Positions 13,926 to 25,057 of a stretch of DNA of 64,000 nt are shown here, piece by piece. Position 1 is the stretch's first letter. Each line of letters begins with the position of its first letter. Location: positions 2,852,001 to 2,916,000 of the forward strand of contig NC_087439.1 of NCBI RefSeq assembly GCF_036321535.1, read 5' to 3'. Made by a program: the position numbers and the translations under genes. This stretch comes from Camelus dromedarius. Taxonomy: Eukaryota. The notes under the pieces were generated by a model that saw only the letters and a list, made by a program, of their open reading frames with translations, was not told the origin of the DNA and did not search any database.

Positions 13926-16900
13926 GTTTGCCTCACCACCTTATATCCCCTCCACCTCGCAAAGCCTACAACACCTGAGCTGTGCAATCAGGACTGGAAA
14001 TCACAGACCTGAAAGGGACCCTCAAGGATGGTCCAACACACAGACCAGGTGGAGGGGGGCCTCCCTAAGGCCCATTCAACACCAGGGCAGAGCCCCATCA
14101 ACGGAGGTTTCCTGGGCCATCTGCAGAGCTTTCCAGGCTGCCCTGCACATCAGCCAAGGACTGGCCCCAAGCAGGACATGTGGGTTGTGGTCTCTGACCG
14201 GAGGACCCTCTCTTGCATCTTAGGCACACCCTGACCTGGCAAACGTCAGGGGATCCTTGGCCCTCCTTCTTTCAGTTACACCTCTAGGATACATCCTCAT
14301 ACACCCACAACATCTGGAAGTTCTTCCCCATGTCTGACTGAAATCCTTCCTGCTGCAGGGGACACCTGTTACCATCTCTGCAACACAAGCAGGTCCTTCC
14401 TTCCTTGAGCACACAGTGACCGCTCCCACATGTGGCAGACCATTTGCTGCCTCTTATCTGAACTTCAGAAACTTGGAATACCTGGGTCATGGATCCAGGC
14501 CCCCACTCTTGGGCTCAAACCTGAGGAATCTAGGTCAGTGACATCTGCTCCTCCCCACTCCCCAGGTCCAGGGTGACAGAAGGAGCTGGGGCAGGGGCCC
14601 CTCCCAGCACCAGGAGCGGGGAGCTGCCCGAGTTGAGGGGAGGTTGTAGGCGGCCCCAGGCCCCTCAAATCAGAACTCCCAGAAAAGAGGCTGTGCCTCC
14701 CCCATCAGACCAGAGTCTCCAGGAAGGCCCAGCCACTGCCCACTCCTTGGCAGGCCTCCAGTTCCTCACCACAGGCTCCACCCAGCCTGCTCTGCCCAAA
14801 GACAACATGTCACCAAACCCCAGGGACAACCACCTGTCCCTTTCACTCCACTTCTGAGCTCCTCTTCTGCCCTCAGTCAGCACCCCAGGGCCTGACCCTG
14901 AGCTGGGACCTGAGTTTCCTCTGCCGCTCCCCAGCCCTCGGATCCCTTGGTCAATCAAGAATACAGCCAGCAACCTCCTTCCACCCCCATGCCACCCACA
15001 TCCACCCACCTTGCTCCCTGGACAGCTGGCCTCCCGATCCCACATCCCCCCGATGCCAAGTTGTCCTTCATAGTGTGTTAGGCCAGTCACTGCCATGGTA
15101 AGCTGCCCCTCCGGTGGCTGTTCGAGGCCTGCACAGCCACCAGCTGCATACCACCCGTGGGTCCTCCCACCACATGATGGCCTTATGATCCTGCTGGCAT
15201 CCTCCTCTGGGAGGGCGGGACCAGGATCTGGCTTGCTCACCCCGCTGCCTGCACCCCAGTAAGGGCAGACTGCCCAGCCAACACTTGCTATGCGGGGACA
15301 AGTGAAGCCCCATGGCTGGGCAGCATGGACCCTCTCTGCCCCTCCAAGCTGGCAGCAACCTCAGGACCCCTCCCGCCTCCCTCCCTCTCATACCCACACA
15401 CCCATCAGCAACCAGCCTTCATGTCAAAATGCACCGAGACTCTCACTGCTGTTTTCCATTCCGTGGTCACCACCCTGGTGGGACCCACTGCCGGCCTCCA
15501 CCCTGCCTGCCTCTGCCTGTCCCCAGCACAGTGCCATCATTGGAAATATGCCAGGACACATGCTCTGCTCAAAACTTTCCTGCTGCTCCCTCCTCACTCA
15601 GACAAAAAGGCCATGCTGCCCTCAGGGACCCCACAGGCCCCAGGGACTGGCCCACCACCTTCTCTGACCCTCCCCACTTCCCCCCTTGAGTTCCCCCAAC
15701 CAGCCACACTCAGACGGGGAACTCCAGCTCCCTGCAACCCCGCCCTCTGAGAGCTGCCTCATTCCGACTTCAGACCCTGTGTGGGGCCACAGCCTTATCC
15801 TGGTGTCCCGGGTGGTCACTAAGAGAAGGCAGCCTGGCTCCTGTCACCAGCTGCCAGAGGGGAGTAGCCTGGCCCCCACCCAACTCACAACGTCCCCCAG
15901 GGGACCACCCCTGGGGCCCCAGTGTGTCAGAGCCTGGGAGGAGGCTCAGCCTGCGGCTCCCCTGCCGTCCTGCTCCCTGCAGAGCTCCCTGCTGGTCCAG
16001 CCCAGCCCCACGAGGGCGAACTGGACAGCCGAGGCCACTGCTGGCCACATAGGGCCAAAGTGCCTCCACTGTGAAGTAGGCACACATCTTCAACCCGCGT
16101 GCTGTTCAGAGAGACAACGGATACAGGCCTCATGGGAGGTCAAGGGACACTAACAAAGACTGTGCATGGAGAGCGCAGCCTACGTGCCCTCCCACTGAGC
16201 CTGGGCCTTCTCGGCATTCTGGATGCCTCACGCAGGCCTGCGAAGCAGGTGTTATTATAGGACTGTGGGCATCAGGGTCCCCTGGGGTTTCGTGGGCTAA
16301 TTCACACAGCAGTGGGAAGGCCTCATATCTGTCCTCCCACACAGCACAAAGAAGCCAGGGTGGGTGCAGCTAGCCCCAGTGAAGGAACAGGGAGTGGGCA
16401 AGGTGTCTCTGTAGGCAGAGGCTTCTAGGAGCCCCTCAAAACTCCTCAGCTGGGCCTTTGGGCTCCCAAAAGCACCAATGCCAGGTACAAGTGCTGCTGA
16501 ATCACACTTCACACATCCAGAGTGCCAACCTCCCACCTCTATTGCCTTCTGACCCACAGACCAAGGCTTGTGCTGGGTTGCCTCCTCCAGGGAACCCACC
16601 TGGATAAGCTGGAAGCTCCTGAGCACTGCACCTGGCTCTTCCTACAGGTCCTACCCGGCTGCTGGGCTGGGGCTCCCTGCCCGGGTCCCACCTCCCCCAA
16701 TCAGCTGGAGCTCATCAGGGTTCGCAGGTCCCCCCTACCCTGCGGGCGGCCCCGCCCACACATGCCAGCTGGGATGGAGCTGCTGGGGACTCACAACACA
16801 GCGCCCTCTCCTGCCTCCAGGCCTTCACCTTGGCCATTCCCTCTGACCACATCCCCTCCTGTCCCCTGGCTGACTCAGCTTCTTCCTTCAGGGCTCTCCC

Positions 16901-17964
16901 GAGGCACTGTCATCTCCTGGAAGCCTCCTCAACCTCCCACTCTGTGCCCAGCTCCCCTCTGACCACTAGCCTGTGAAAACCCCCCTCCCCAGAGAGGCCC
17001 ACACCTGCTTCCCCAGATCAGTACCATGTCCTCTCTGTTGAGGGGTAGGGGCAATGCTTGTGACCTGAGGGGACCCTGGGGGATGGAGATCGGCCTGACT
17101 TCGGTCTTGGCTGAGTGAGCTGCTGGGTGAGAACCATGCACCCTCAGGCCTGTGTCCCTACCCATGGGGGGCGGGCTCTCCAGGCACTGACGATGTCTAA
17201 GGCTCACTTAGCATCCACAGGTCTGTGACCAGGGCCTCAAAGGCTTCTCACATAGCCCAGGATGCCAAACTCCTGGCTCCCACCTGGTGCCGGCCATGCT
17301 GAGTCAGAGCTTCCAGCCGCAGGCCTGCCCCAAGGCTGGAAACCTGGCCATCCTTGGGGTCTGGTGGCTCTTCACCTGATCCACCCCACCCACTTGGACA
17401 GGGTCACAGAGGCCCTGCAGAAGGGGGGCCCCTCAGCTCCCCAGCCCTGCAAGGAAGTGTACCGCACTGGGGGAGCCAGCGTCTCGACAACCCCAGGGCA
17501 TCTGCTGACCCCGCCCAGCTCAGAGGTCTGCACCCCTTCCTGAGCCCTTTGCCCTCACTCAGACCTTCACCTGGTGCACGTCTGGCCCACCTCTGTCAGG
17601 CCTGCCACCTACTCATGCCAGCCGTGGGGCTTCAACACCCACACCCCATCACGCTCCAACCACTGGCGCAGCTCGACCTCAAGCCGATAGGTCACTCAGC
17701 AAATTCGTCCCTGGCCGGCCTGGTCAGGCTGCGTGCTGGGTTCTGGGCACCTGCAATGGCGCCAGTAGATCCCAAACCTCCCTACCCCTGCCAGCTCAGC
17801 TCTGTCTCCTCCAAGACACCTTCCCAGACTACGTGGCCCCATGAGCACTCTGCTCTGCCCTCCCGCCCAGCCCCCTCACCTACTCAGCCTCATTAACTGC
17901 CCCCGGTGTGTCCTGGTTCCCACGAGGAGGGGGGCTTCAAATTGTAACAAGGGGGGCTTCAAAT

Positions 17965-18494
17965 TGTAACAGAGGAGAACAAATCTGCCTCCACATTGGA
18001 TCTGCTCCTTTAGTTTTGACCACTGTGCCCTGTTTTCCAGTCTTAGCCTTGCCAGCTCTGCACCTTTTAGGAAACAATGTTGCCTTTAGCCTCTCTAGAA
18101 ATAGAAAGGAGAGCCTACTCCCCAGCTCTGACCTTTAAGGATGTCAGCACTTCTGCACTTAGGCAGAGATGGCAAGTTGCAAAACAGAATAACCTTTGCT
18201 TTTGTTGGAGGTTTACAGGAACACCATGGCCTGACCCACATGGATGGCTGCAAGAACAAAGCATTCCTACAGCAAGAAGTTTGCAACAACGAACCCCACC
18301 CACTCTCTCTCTCTCTTTTTTGTATAAAAGGAGCCTGTGCTCTGACAGGAGCAAGATGGTTCTTTAAGAAATTGATCTGCCATCCTCTCAGTCTGCTGGC
18401 TTTCCAAAATAAAGTCGCTATTCCTTACCCCAACAACTCGTCTCCCGATTTATTGGCCTGTCGTGCGGCAAGCAGGAGTCTGGACTCAGTAACA
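17965..18494 (+). mobile_element. ERV1-type solo LTR (530 bp)
   Basis: TGTAAC...GTAACA termini, TATAAAA at 18323-18329, AATAAA at 18408-18413, AT-richer than flanks; no clean target-site duplication. Confidence 0.8.
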
Positions 18495-18534
18495 ATTTCC
18501 CCCAAACTGCTCAGACCATCCCCAACACCATCTT

Positions 18535-18685
18535 AACTGTCACCACAGCCTCCACCCTCACGGCTCCCACTGAAACCACCACCAGTGCCATCACCAACCA
18601 CCATCATTATTACCATTGCCAGTGCCACCAGCATTACCACCTCACCACCATCAACACCACCACAACCATTACCACTGCCAGTGCC
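18535..18685 (+). repeat. Degenerate (CCA/CAT)n trinucleotide repeat
   Basis: ccaccaccagtgccatcaccaaccaccatcattattaccattgcc...; explains the His- and Thr/Pro-rich ORFs here. Confidence 0.8.
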
Positions 18686-20872
18686 CTGCAGCTGCCCTGA
18701 GCACCCCACACCAGGGCAGGCATCCTCCCAGAACTGCCCTGCACTGTTCCCCAGCCTGTCCAGCAGATCCCGTGAGCTCAGAGCTGCCCACACTCGCTGC
18801 TTACCCTGTCAGGCCTCACCCCTGACACTCGTCACTTGTGAACACCCCACTCATAGGACTGCATGCCCCCACCGACACACACTGGGCCCGCAGGGGTCGG
18901 AAAACAAAGGGACCAGACGCAGCCAGACGCAGCCCCGCAGGAGAATCCTGTGCCCTGAACTCCACCCGGGAAAGCTCCCCACGCCAAGATGCCCCCTAAC
19001 CCAGCCACACCAGTGTATCCCGACCCTCAAGCACATGTCTGTGATGGTCCCAGCACACAGGACCCCGCCCCAGCCCCCTAGACACCAGGGCCACCACTGG
19101 CCCTGCAGCACCCAACAGTGCCCTTCAGCTAGCGTGAGAGAAATCGGGTTGGGAACTGGCTGACTCTGACAGTGAGCTGGACACCCTTCCTCTTGTCCCC
19201 CTTGGCCTGCCCCTTCACTGCCCTCTCTAAGGAAACCAGGGACAGGGATGGGGCAAGGGTGTTAAAGGGCCCAGGACATGCACTTGGGTGAGGACCCCAG
19301 GGAGGGAGATGGGCCTGGGTCCTGAGCGTCCCCCAGGACAGCTGCATCCGGCAGGGCTGGGGTCTGCCCAGGCAGGGAGAGAGCACAGACTGGCATGACC
19401 CATGGGGCCACCCTGGGCCTGGCAATGGCACTCCGTGCCCCGGTCTCCTCAGCCAGCCGGCTCTAAAGGTGCCTGGAGTGGGGTCAGGTTTTGAGAAAGG
19501 ACCCACCAGACTGTGCGGGAAGGTCACACCCTCCACCAGCCAGTCTTACTGTCTGCTCTGCCAGCTCAGTGAGGGTGCCAAGTGCCCACTAATTAGGGAA
19601 ACTACAACCCAATGGAACAGGAGCCGCTTACGGGACTTCTGAGAGCCTTTATGGTTGCCAGGCACGTGGACCCAGGAGAACAAGACACGGTGGGTATGAA
19701 CTCTGCCCTTCCTGGAGCCCACGTGGGATCAGTGTCAGGCAGAACACCTCCTGAAACGCTGGCATAGCAGGATGAGCACGTGGAGGGTGTCTGGCCCAGG
19801 CCTGGCCTGTATGACGTCCCTACGCTAGGGGCCCACTCCCCATCACCTCTCTGCCCCCACCCGCAAGCAGGCTGACTCTGGTCCCGAGGATGGGAGGCTG
19901 AGGCTCCCAGAGGGTGGAATCTGCCCCAGGTCCCACAGTCTTGGGGACTGCAAACTTCACACTCACTGGGCTGGCCAGACTGTGCACAGCCTGCTGCCCT
20001 GGGGGCCAAGGGGCTGGGTCCACATCTCTGGAAAGCAATTTACCACCAAGATCTTGAAACTGTCCAGGGGACTCAAGGCCTAGGGAACAATCAGAAATGT
20101 GAGCACAGCTGTCTTAGCGAGGGTGCTGGGCCACTGGGTGAATGGGCATCCCCAGTGCACTGCAGGCAGCCTTCGAACAGCCACTGGAGAGGGGCTTGTA
20201 ATGACATCAAGGGGCCACATTAAACGGACCTGCAGCCACAGTGTAACCTCCCACGATGGCCAGCCTGGGCCCTGAGAGCACGTGGGCCCTCTTTCTTCCT
20301 TTTTCTTTTTTCAACTTTTTTGATACTCCACTTTGAACAAAGAGCTTGCACCACGTGCAAAACCCAGAGAAAAGCAGTTGACAGCAACCAAAGCCAGAGA
20401 GCCAGTTTCCCAAGGCTATGGGGTCTGCCCCTGCTCTCCCCAAGCCCAGGCCCCTGCCCCAGCCCGTCCTCACAATCCCAGACCCAGAGTTGGAAAGGGC
20501 AGTGGAGTCTGCCAGATGGCCCTAGATACCTCCACCACAGAGCCTTTGCACTGCCTGTTCCTTCTGCCAAAATGTTTGTCCCCAGACACCCGGTACACAG
20601 TGCTGTCAGGCCTCTGCTGGAGCACCACCTGAGACAGGCTTCCGTGAACCTGCCCTGAAAGGCACCTCACCCCACCTGCCACTCGGTACACTGGCTCCAC
20701 TTTTTGGCCTGTGCCATGACCTGACTGTTTCAAAGGCAACTATACGTTCCCACTTTCCTGTCTCTCCTCGCTGGGGATCAGAGGAGGCTGAGGTCTGGAG
20801 TGATTACTGACCACTGACAAGGCAGTCCTCCTAGAGCAGTGCCTTGTCAGTGATCAGTAATCGCTTTAGACC

Positions 20873-21090
20873 GGATGGGTGGGTGGATGGGAGGATACGT
20901 GGATATGTCGATGGGTGGATGGATGGGTGGGTGGATGGATGGATGAATGGATTGGGGGACTGGATGGGTGGATGAGTGAGTGAATGGGTGGATAGGTAGG
21001 TGGGTGGATAGCCAAGCGAGTAGAAGGATAGAAGGTGGGTGGGTGGATACCTGAGCAGGTGGACAGGTGGATGAAGGATGGATGGATGAT
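20873..21090 (+). repeat. Degenerate (GGAT/GGGT)n tetranucleotide repeat
   Basis: ggatgggtgggtggatggg..ggatggatggatgaatgg over ~220 bp. Confidence 0.9.
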
Positions 21091-22218
21091 AGTCACATCC
21101 CTCCCTGATAACTTCCATAGTTGCTGACACGCAGCCCTACAAACTGGCCCCACGCCCCTTGCAGCCTCCCCCCCGGCGCCCATCCATCCTCCTCTCCGGT
21201 CGCCTACTCGTCCTGGCCTCGCATTCCTCCTGTACCCTCTAACTTCCACACCTTTGCTCAAAGTGTGTTTCTGCCTAAAGAGCTTCCTCCTGTTCTCTGA
21301 CAGAAAAACACAGACTCCTCTAGGGCCAGCCACTGCGGAAGCCTCCCTGACCTCACTTACACACCTCCGTCACTGCACCGCGCCCAGCAGTAGGGACTTG
21401 CCACACGTACACCCTGGCCCACAGGCTGGCCTGGGGACTGGTGGAACCAGGGATGAGAGAGGCAGCTGGTGACAATGACATGCAGCTCATACAGACCCAC
21501 CCCAATGGACACCAAACCTCTAGGGAGGAGGCCCAGCCACCACCAGGGTGATCTGGCCCATTGGGACCTGGTCACTAAGTTCTCTCCCACCCTGTCACCA
21601 CAAATTCTGACCCTCCTCACTTCTGGATGCTGCCCCCATTACAGGGCTTTTGCACAAAAACTCTTCCCTGTTACTACATAGCTCTCCACCTGTCTCTTTG
21701 CTTCCTTGTGTCTGGGAGGACACCTGGCTCTGGGCACCCACGCAGGGCCCTGTAACTCTAAATCACTGCCTGGTCAGTCCAGCCCAGTGCCCTGACCCCC
21801 TGGTTCCCGCTGCTGCAGCACCTGGCCTGGGCTGGTGCTACCGCCTGACAAGGAACTAGCCCAGAACCCCAGGAGCACCCCGGTCTGCTTCCCATCTGAT
21901 CCCTCGGGGCCTCACCCTGCTGTGCCAGTTCTTGGCGGTGCTCTTGCAAAGCTATACCACCTGCATGTAACCTGGCCGGTGTTGGGGGGACCACCACACC
22001 CCTCTGGATCCCCAACTGTGGACTTCCCTGGGAGGGGTGGAAGCCAGCTGGGTGGGACCCTGCCGCCTTAGACCCTCACCGGGGCAGAGAGACCGTGCAG
22101 GACAGATGGAGTGGGGGAGTCAGTGGCCCCCAAACCTGAAGTCTGCGCCCCTCCCCTGCTAGGCTGGCCTCCCCCCGAGGCCCGAGGCCCCAAGGACACA
22201 AAGCGCAGATGAACTTAC

Positions 22219-22262
22219 AGATCAGTTTCTGGCCACGGACTACAAGTCTGGTTGGTGGTGTC
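22219..22262 (-). pseudogene. ADGRB1: ADGRB1-derived 44-nt exon preceding the GPS exon
   Basis: ccttcccttccag|GACACCACCAACCAGACTTGT...GATCT|gtaagt encodes DTTNQTCSPWPETD vs parent GTTNQTCILWDETD; both splice sites canonical. Confidence 0.85.
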
Positions 22263-22530
22263 CTGGAAGGGAAGGGGAGCTTTCAGGCCACCTGCCGGCC
22301 CCACGGGCCCCACCCAACCATCACTGCAGGGCCCACCCTGTGCCCGGCACTCTGCCTACCCTCTTCCCACAGAGTAAGAGTTTGAGGGGGAGGAACTGAG
22401 ACCCAGAATGGGGAAGGGACTGGCTCAGGCATCTAAGCCTTGCTTTGTGGCCTTGGACAGCTCCTGTCCCCTCTCTGAGCCCAAATGGGGAGCAGGAACT
22501 AAAGCCCAGTTCTATATGCCCTGGTGGCCA

Positions 22531-22605
22531 CTCCAGCATCTGGATGACATCAAAGACTGCCTCCCCGGGCAGTCCACACCAAGCCTTTGCCAATTGCTCC
22601 TGGGC
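22531..22605 (-). pseudogene. ADGRB1: ADGRB1-derived GAIN-domain exon, 5' part only
   Basis: ctatcttccag| then AQEQLAKAWCGLPGEAVFDVIQMLE vs parent [26 protein letters not shown]; similarity stops after 75 nt. Confidence 0.85.
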
Positions 22606-22816
22606 CTGGAAGATAGAAGGGGTGCGTGCCATCACTTACAGGTACCAAGGACTTCCCACACCAAGAAAGTCCTCTGCAGTCCCCAGTCATGGCCATGGCT
22701 GACTTACGTCCGCATAGTGTGCCACTGGGGACACAGGATTGTCAGCGTACAGAGGGCAGAGGAGGACCCTGGGGAGATGGGTTGGGCTGGGTAGGGGACC
22801 CCTGGCCCAGCCTGAC

Positions 22817-22922
22817 CATTATCTGGATATTTGGGTAATCGACAGAGACACAGTGGACGTAGGTGGGGGCTCCTAGTAGGTGATACCTTCCTCGTCCAGC
22901 TCACAGCATCACAGGATGAGGC
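22817..22922 (-). pseudogene. ADGRB1: ADGRB1-derived exon after HormR exon (disabled)
   Basis: [16 protein letters not shown][frameshift]TYVHCVSVDYPNIQIM vs parent [35 protein letters not shown]; 106 nt, two stops, 1-nt deletion, splice sites cag / gtcagg retained. Confidence 0.92.
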
Positions 22923-24009
22923 CTGGGGAGACAGCGGGTCAGCTCTGTCTCCCGATTCGCAGATGGGTGCCCACCTCAAGCACAGGAGTCCCACCCATGG
23001 CTCCCAGGAACAAGCCCTTCCAGTTGGAACCCTTAGCACCAGAAGCAGAAACTTGCCCGTGGCCACATTACAAATGACCCAGCACAGGGGACAGGCCTCC
23101 CTAGGTGTCTTTCATTTAAACCATTTCTGAGCAAATGCTTCACATCACACACTGCACCAGGTCCTGGGACATGGCAAGAGCCACACCTTCAGGGACCCCA
23201 CCTGCGTGGGGGCAGAGACCTTTACTATCCAGAGCCCCGGGGAAAACCAACAGCCGGGCAGGCCCTGCTCAGCTCCACCCATGGGGGCAGGGGACCCGAT
23301 GGCCTGGGTGTGCCGCAGCAGGCACCGGGCAGCCTTGGGGCCGACTGACGTCAGGTGTCCACTGCCTTAAACACGGGTACAGGCTGTGACCCAAAACTTA
23401 CTCCCAGGGAACCAGGCACACTTGCGCGCACACACACGACGGCGATGACCCTAGGGGACGGCCACAACCCTGTCACCCAACAGAAGCCACAGGGCAGGAT
23501 AGGACCCTGCTCTAGTGCATGGTGCACAATCAAAACGAGGGAAAATATGGTCGTACACGCAGACAAAAGGCCAGACAAGTCACACCATCCCACGACCTGG
23601 GTTTTCTTCACTTTACTTCTGTGGATTTGCAATACACTACCCAGACACGTATTGTTCTATAAACAAAACACGGTGGGGGGGTTGCAACCACAGCTGGGAA
23701 CACACCGTCCCCCTAGGGGGAGGATCCCTGGGGGGACAAGGAACCCACAACACACTGTTTTACAGAAAGTAAACAGAGGCTCAGGGAGGGTCGATTCCTG
23801 AATGTTGCACAGCAAAGACAACTCCTAACCTGCTTGCACTCTTTAAATATGAGGGGCAAAGGACATCAACGCACTGATGTGCCAAGCCCCTTCTGGGAGC
23901 CCACTCTGCCTTTTCCACACCTCCCATCACTCCACAGGGCTGCACGGGGATTAAGACCACCACGTTCACAGCCGACTTCCCACTTAGTGGTCCTACAAGC
24001 CCACGGCTA

Positions 24010-24095
24010 CTGTGTTAACGTCTCTGTGCCTCAGTTTCCCACGTGTCAATGGGTGGCTCCATGGGACATTGCACTAAAGGACTTAATGAAGGCGC
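24010..24095 (-). mobile_element. MIR fragment in pseudogene intron
   Basis: aacgtctctgtgcctcagtttcccacgtgtcaatggg. Confidence 0.5.
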
Positions 24096-24279
24096 TGGCT
24101 CCTGGTGAACTCTCAGGACACGGTGGTCCTGAGCCTCCGCCCCACCTCACCTGTACAGCCCCGGCTTCAGGGCCCGGGCTTCCTGGGCATGGTATGGCCG
24201 TGTGACCTGTGCTGACAGCTCCGTGGGCTAGCATCTCAAGGACAGGAGTCCCCCACGACACCCACCCCTCAGTCCTCAC

Positions 24280-24381
24280 CTGCGGCACTGTGAGGACACC
24301 AGACTGCGGCCACCTCTCTGGCCAGGATCTCCTTCCAGAGCACAGCACCGAAGCTGTCCTCGTCACAGATCTCACAGGGCT
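24280..24381 (-). pseudogene. ADGRB1: ADGRB1-derived HormR (hormone-receptor motif) exon
   Basis: ctcttggcag|102 nt|gtgagg; open frame [33 protein letters not shown], also visible at the end of track ORF 24269..24664. Confidence 0.93.
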
Positions 24382-24585
24382 CTGCCAAGAGGCCGGGACG
24401 TGAGTGGGGGTGGGGACAGGAAGAGGGGTGGAGAGCTGGCAGCAGGGCCAGGAAGGCCAAGACCCCTCCAGGAAATTCATCGTCACAAGGGGGAGTCATT
24501 TCCCAGGAGAGCTGAGCCCCAAGCCCACACGGTCTCTCAGGAAGCCCCTCCCCAGAGGCCAGCAATGGGGTGGGGGGACACTCAC

Positions 24586-24746
24586 TGGGACACCACCGGG
24601 TGCTGCATTGCTGGTGCTCATCTTGGGGGCTCTGGCTGGCTGCTACCCTGAAGAAGGGCCCCAATCAGGCACGCTCCCCCTGCTGTGTGCCACCACCACG
24701 TGACACTGCATCTGCTCCTCGACGCCCAGGGTGCCACTTCCATCCA
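24586..24746 (-). pseudogene. ADGRB1: ADGRB1-derived thrombospondin repeat 5 exon (disabled)
   Basis: 161 nt tggatggaagtggcaccctggg..gggcccttcttcagg..caagatgag..tgtccca|gtgagt; matches VDGKWQAW..GPFFGGAACQGPQDEYRQC..CP with deletions, one TGA and acceptor mutated to cgg. Confidence 0.88.
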
Positions 24747-25057
24747 CCGCAGGATGCCGCCATGCATAGAGGACGAGGATGCAGGTACTGGAGCCACAGG
24801 GATGCTGACACAGGGACAAAGGGGCAGGAAGCCATGAGAAGAAACTGAGACCCTGAGAGTGGAAGCCAAGCTCAGCTCGATACAGGAAAAAACAAATGCT
24901 TCACATGCACGTGATCCCTCACCATCACCCCCCTGGCCCCAGCATCCCCAGGGACACTGCAAGGTTCCCACAATGAGATGCCACGCGGTCTCGCCCCTGC
25001 CTCGTGGTTCATGCCCAACAGGTCCCCCACCCACATGTCCCTCGGCACAGCCCTGCC

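Noticed and set aside
18585-19163. 192-aa Thr/Pro-rich and His-rich ORFs
   Set aside because: Products of the (CCA)n low-complexity tract in GC-rich DNA.
20300-20370. KLFVQSGVSKKLKKEKG resembling ADGRB1 KLVSKDGITDKKLKERAG
   Set aside because: Low-complexity A-rich match, no splice context, and out of order relative to the other candidate.
21361-21430. Minus-strand cag..gtaagt segment beginning ASLW, like an ADGRB1 TM6 exon
   Set aside because: Similarity limited to four residues, and the GPS and TM1-5 exons that should precede it are absent.
22708-22724. Apparent 17-nt micro-exon (AHYAD) resembling ADGRB1 AHMYN
   Set aside because: It lies inside the intron between two well-matched exons, out of parental order, and upstream sequence does not match; treated as coincidence.
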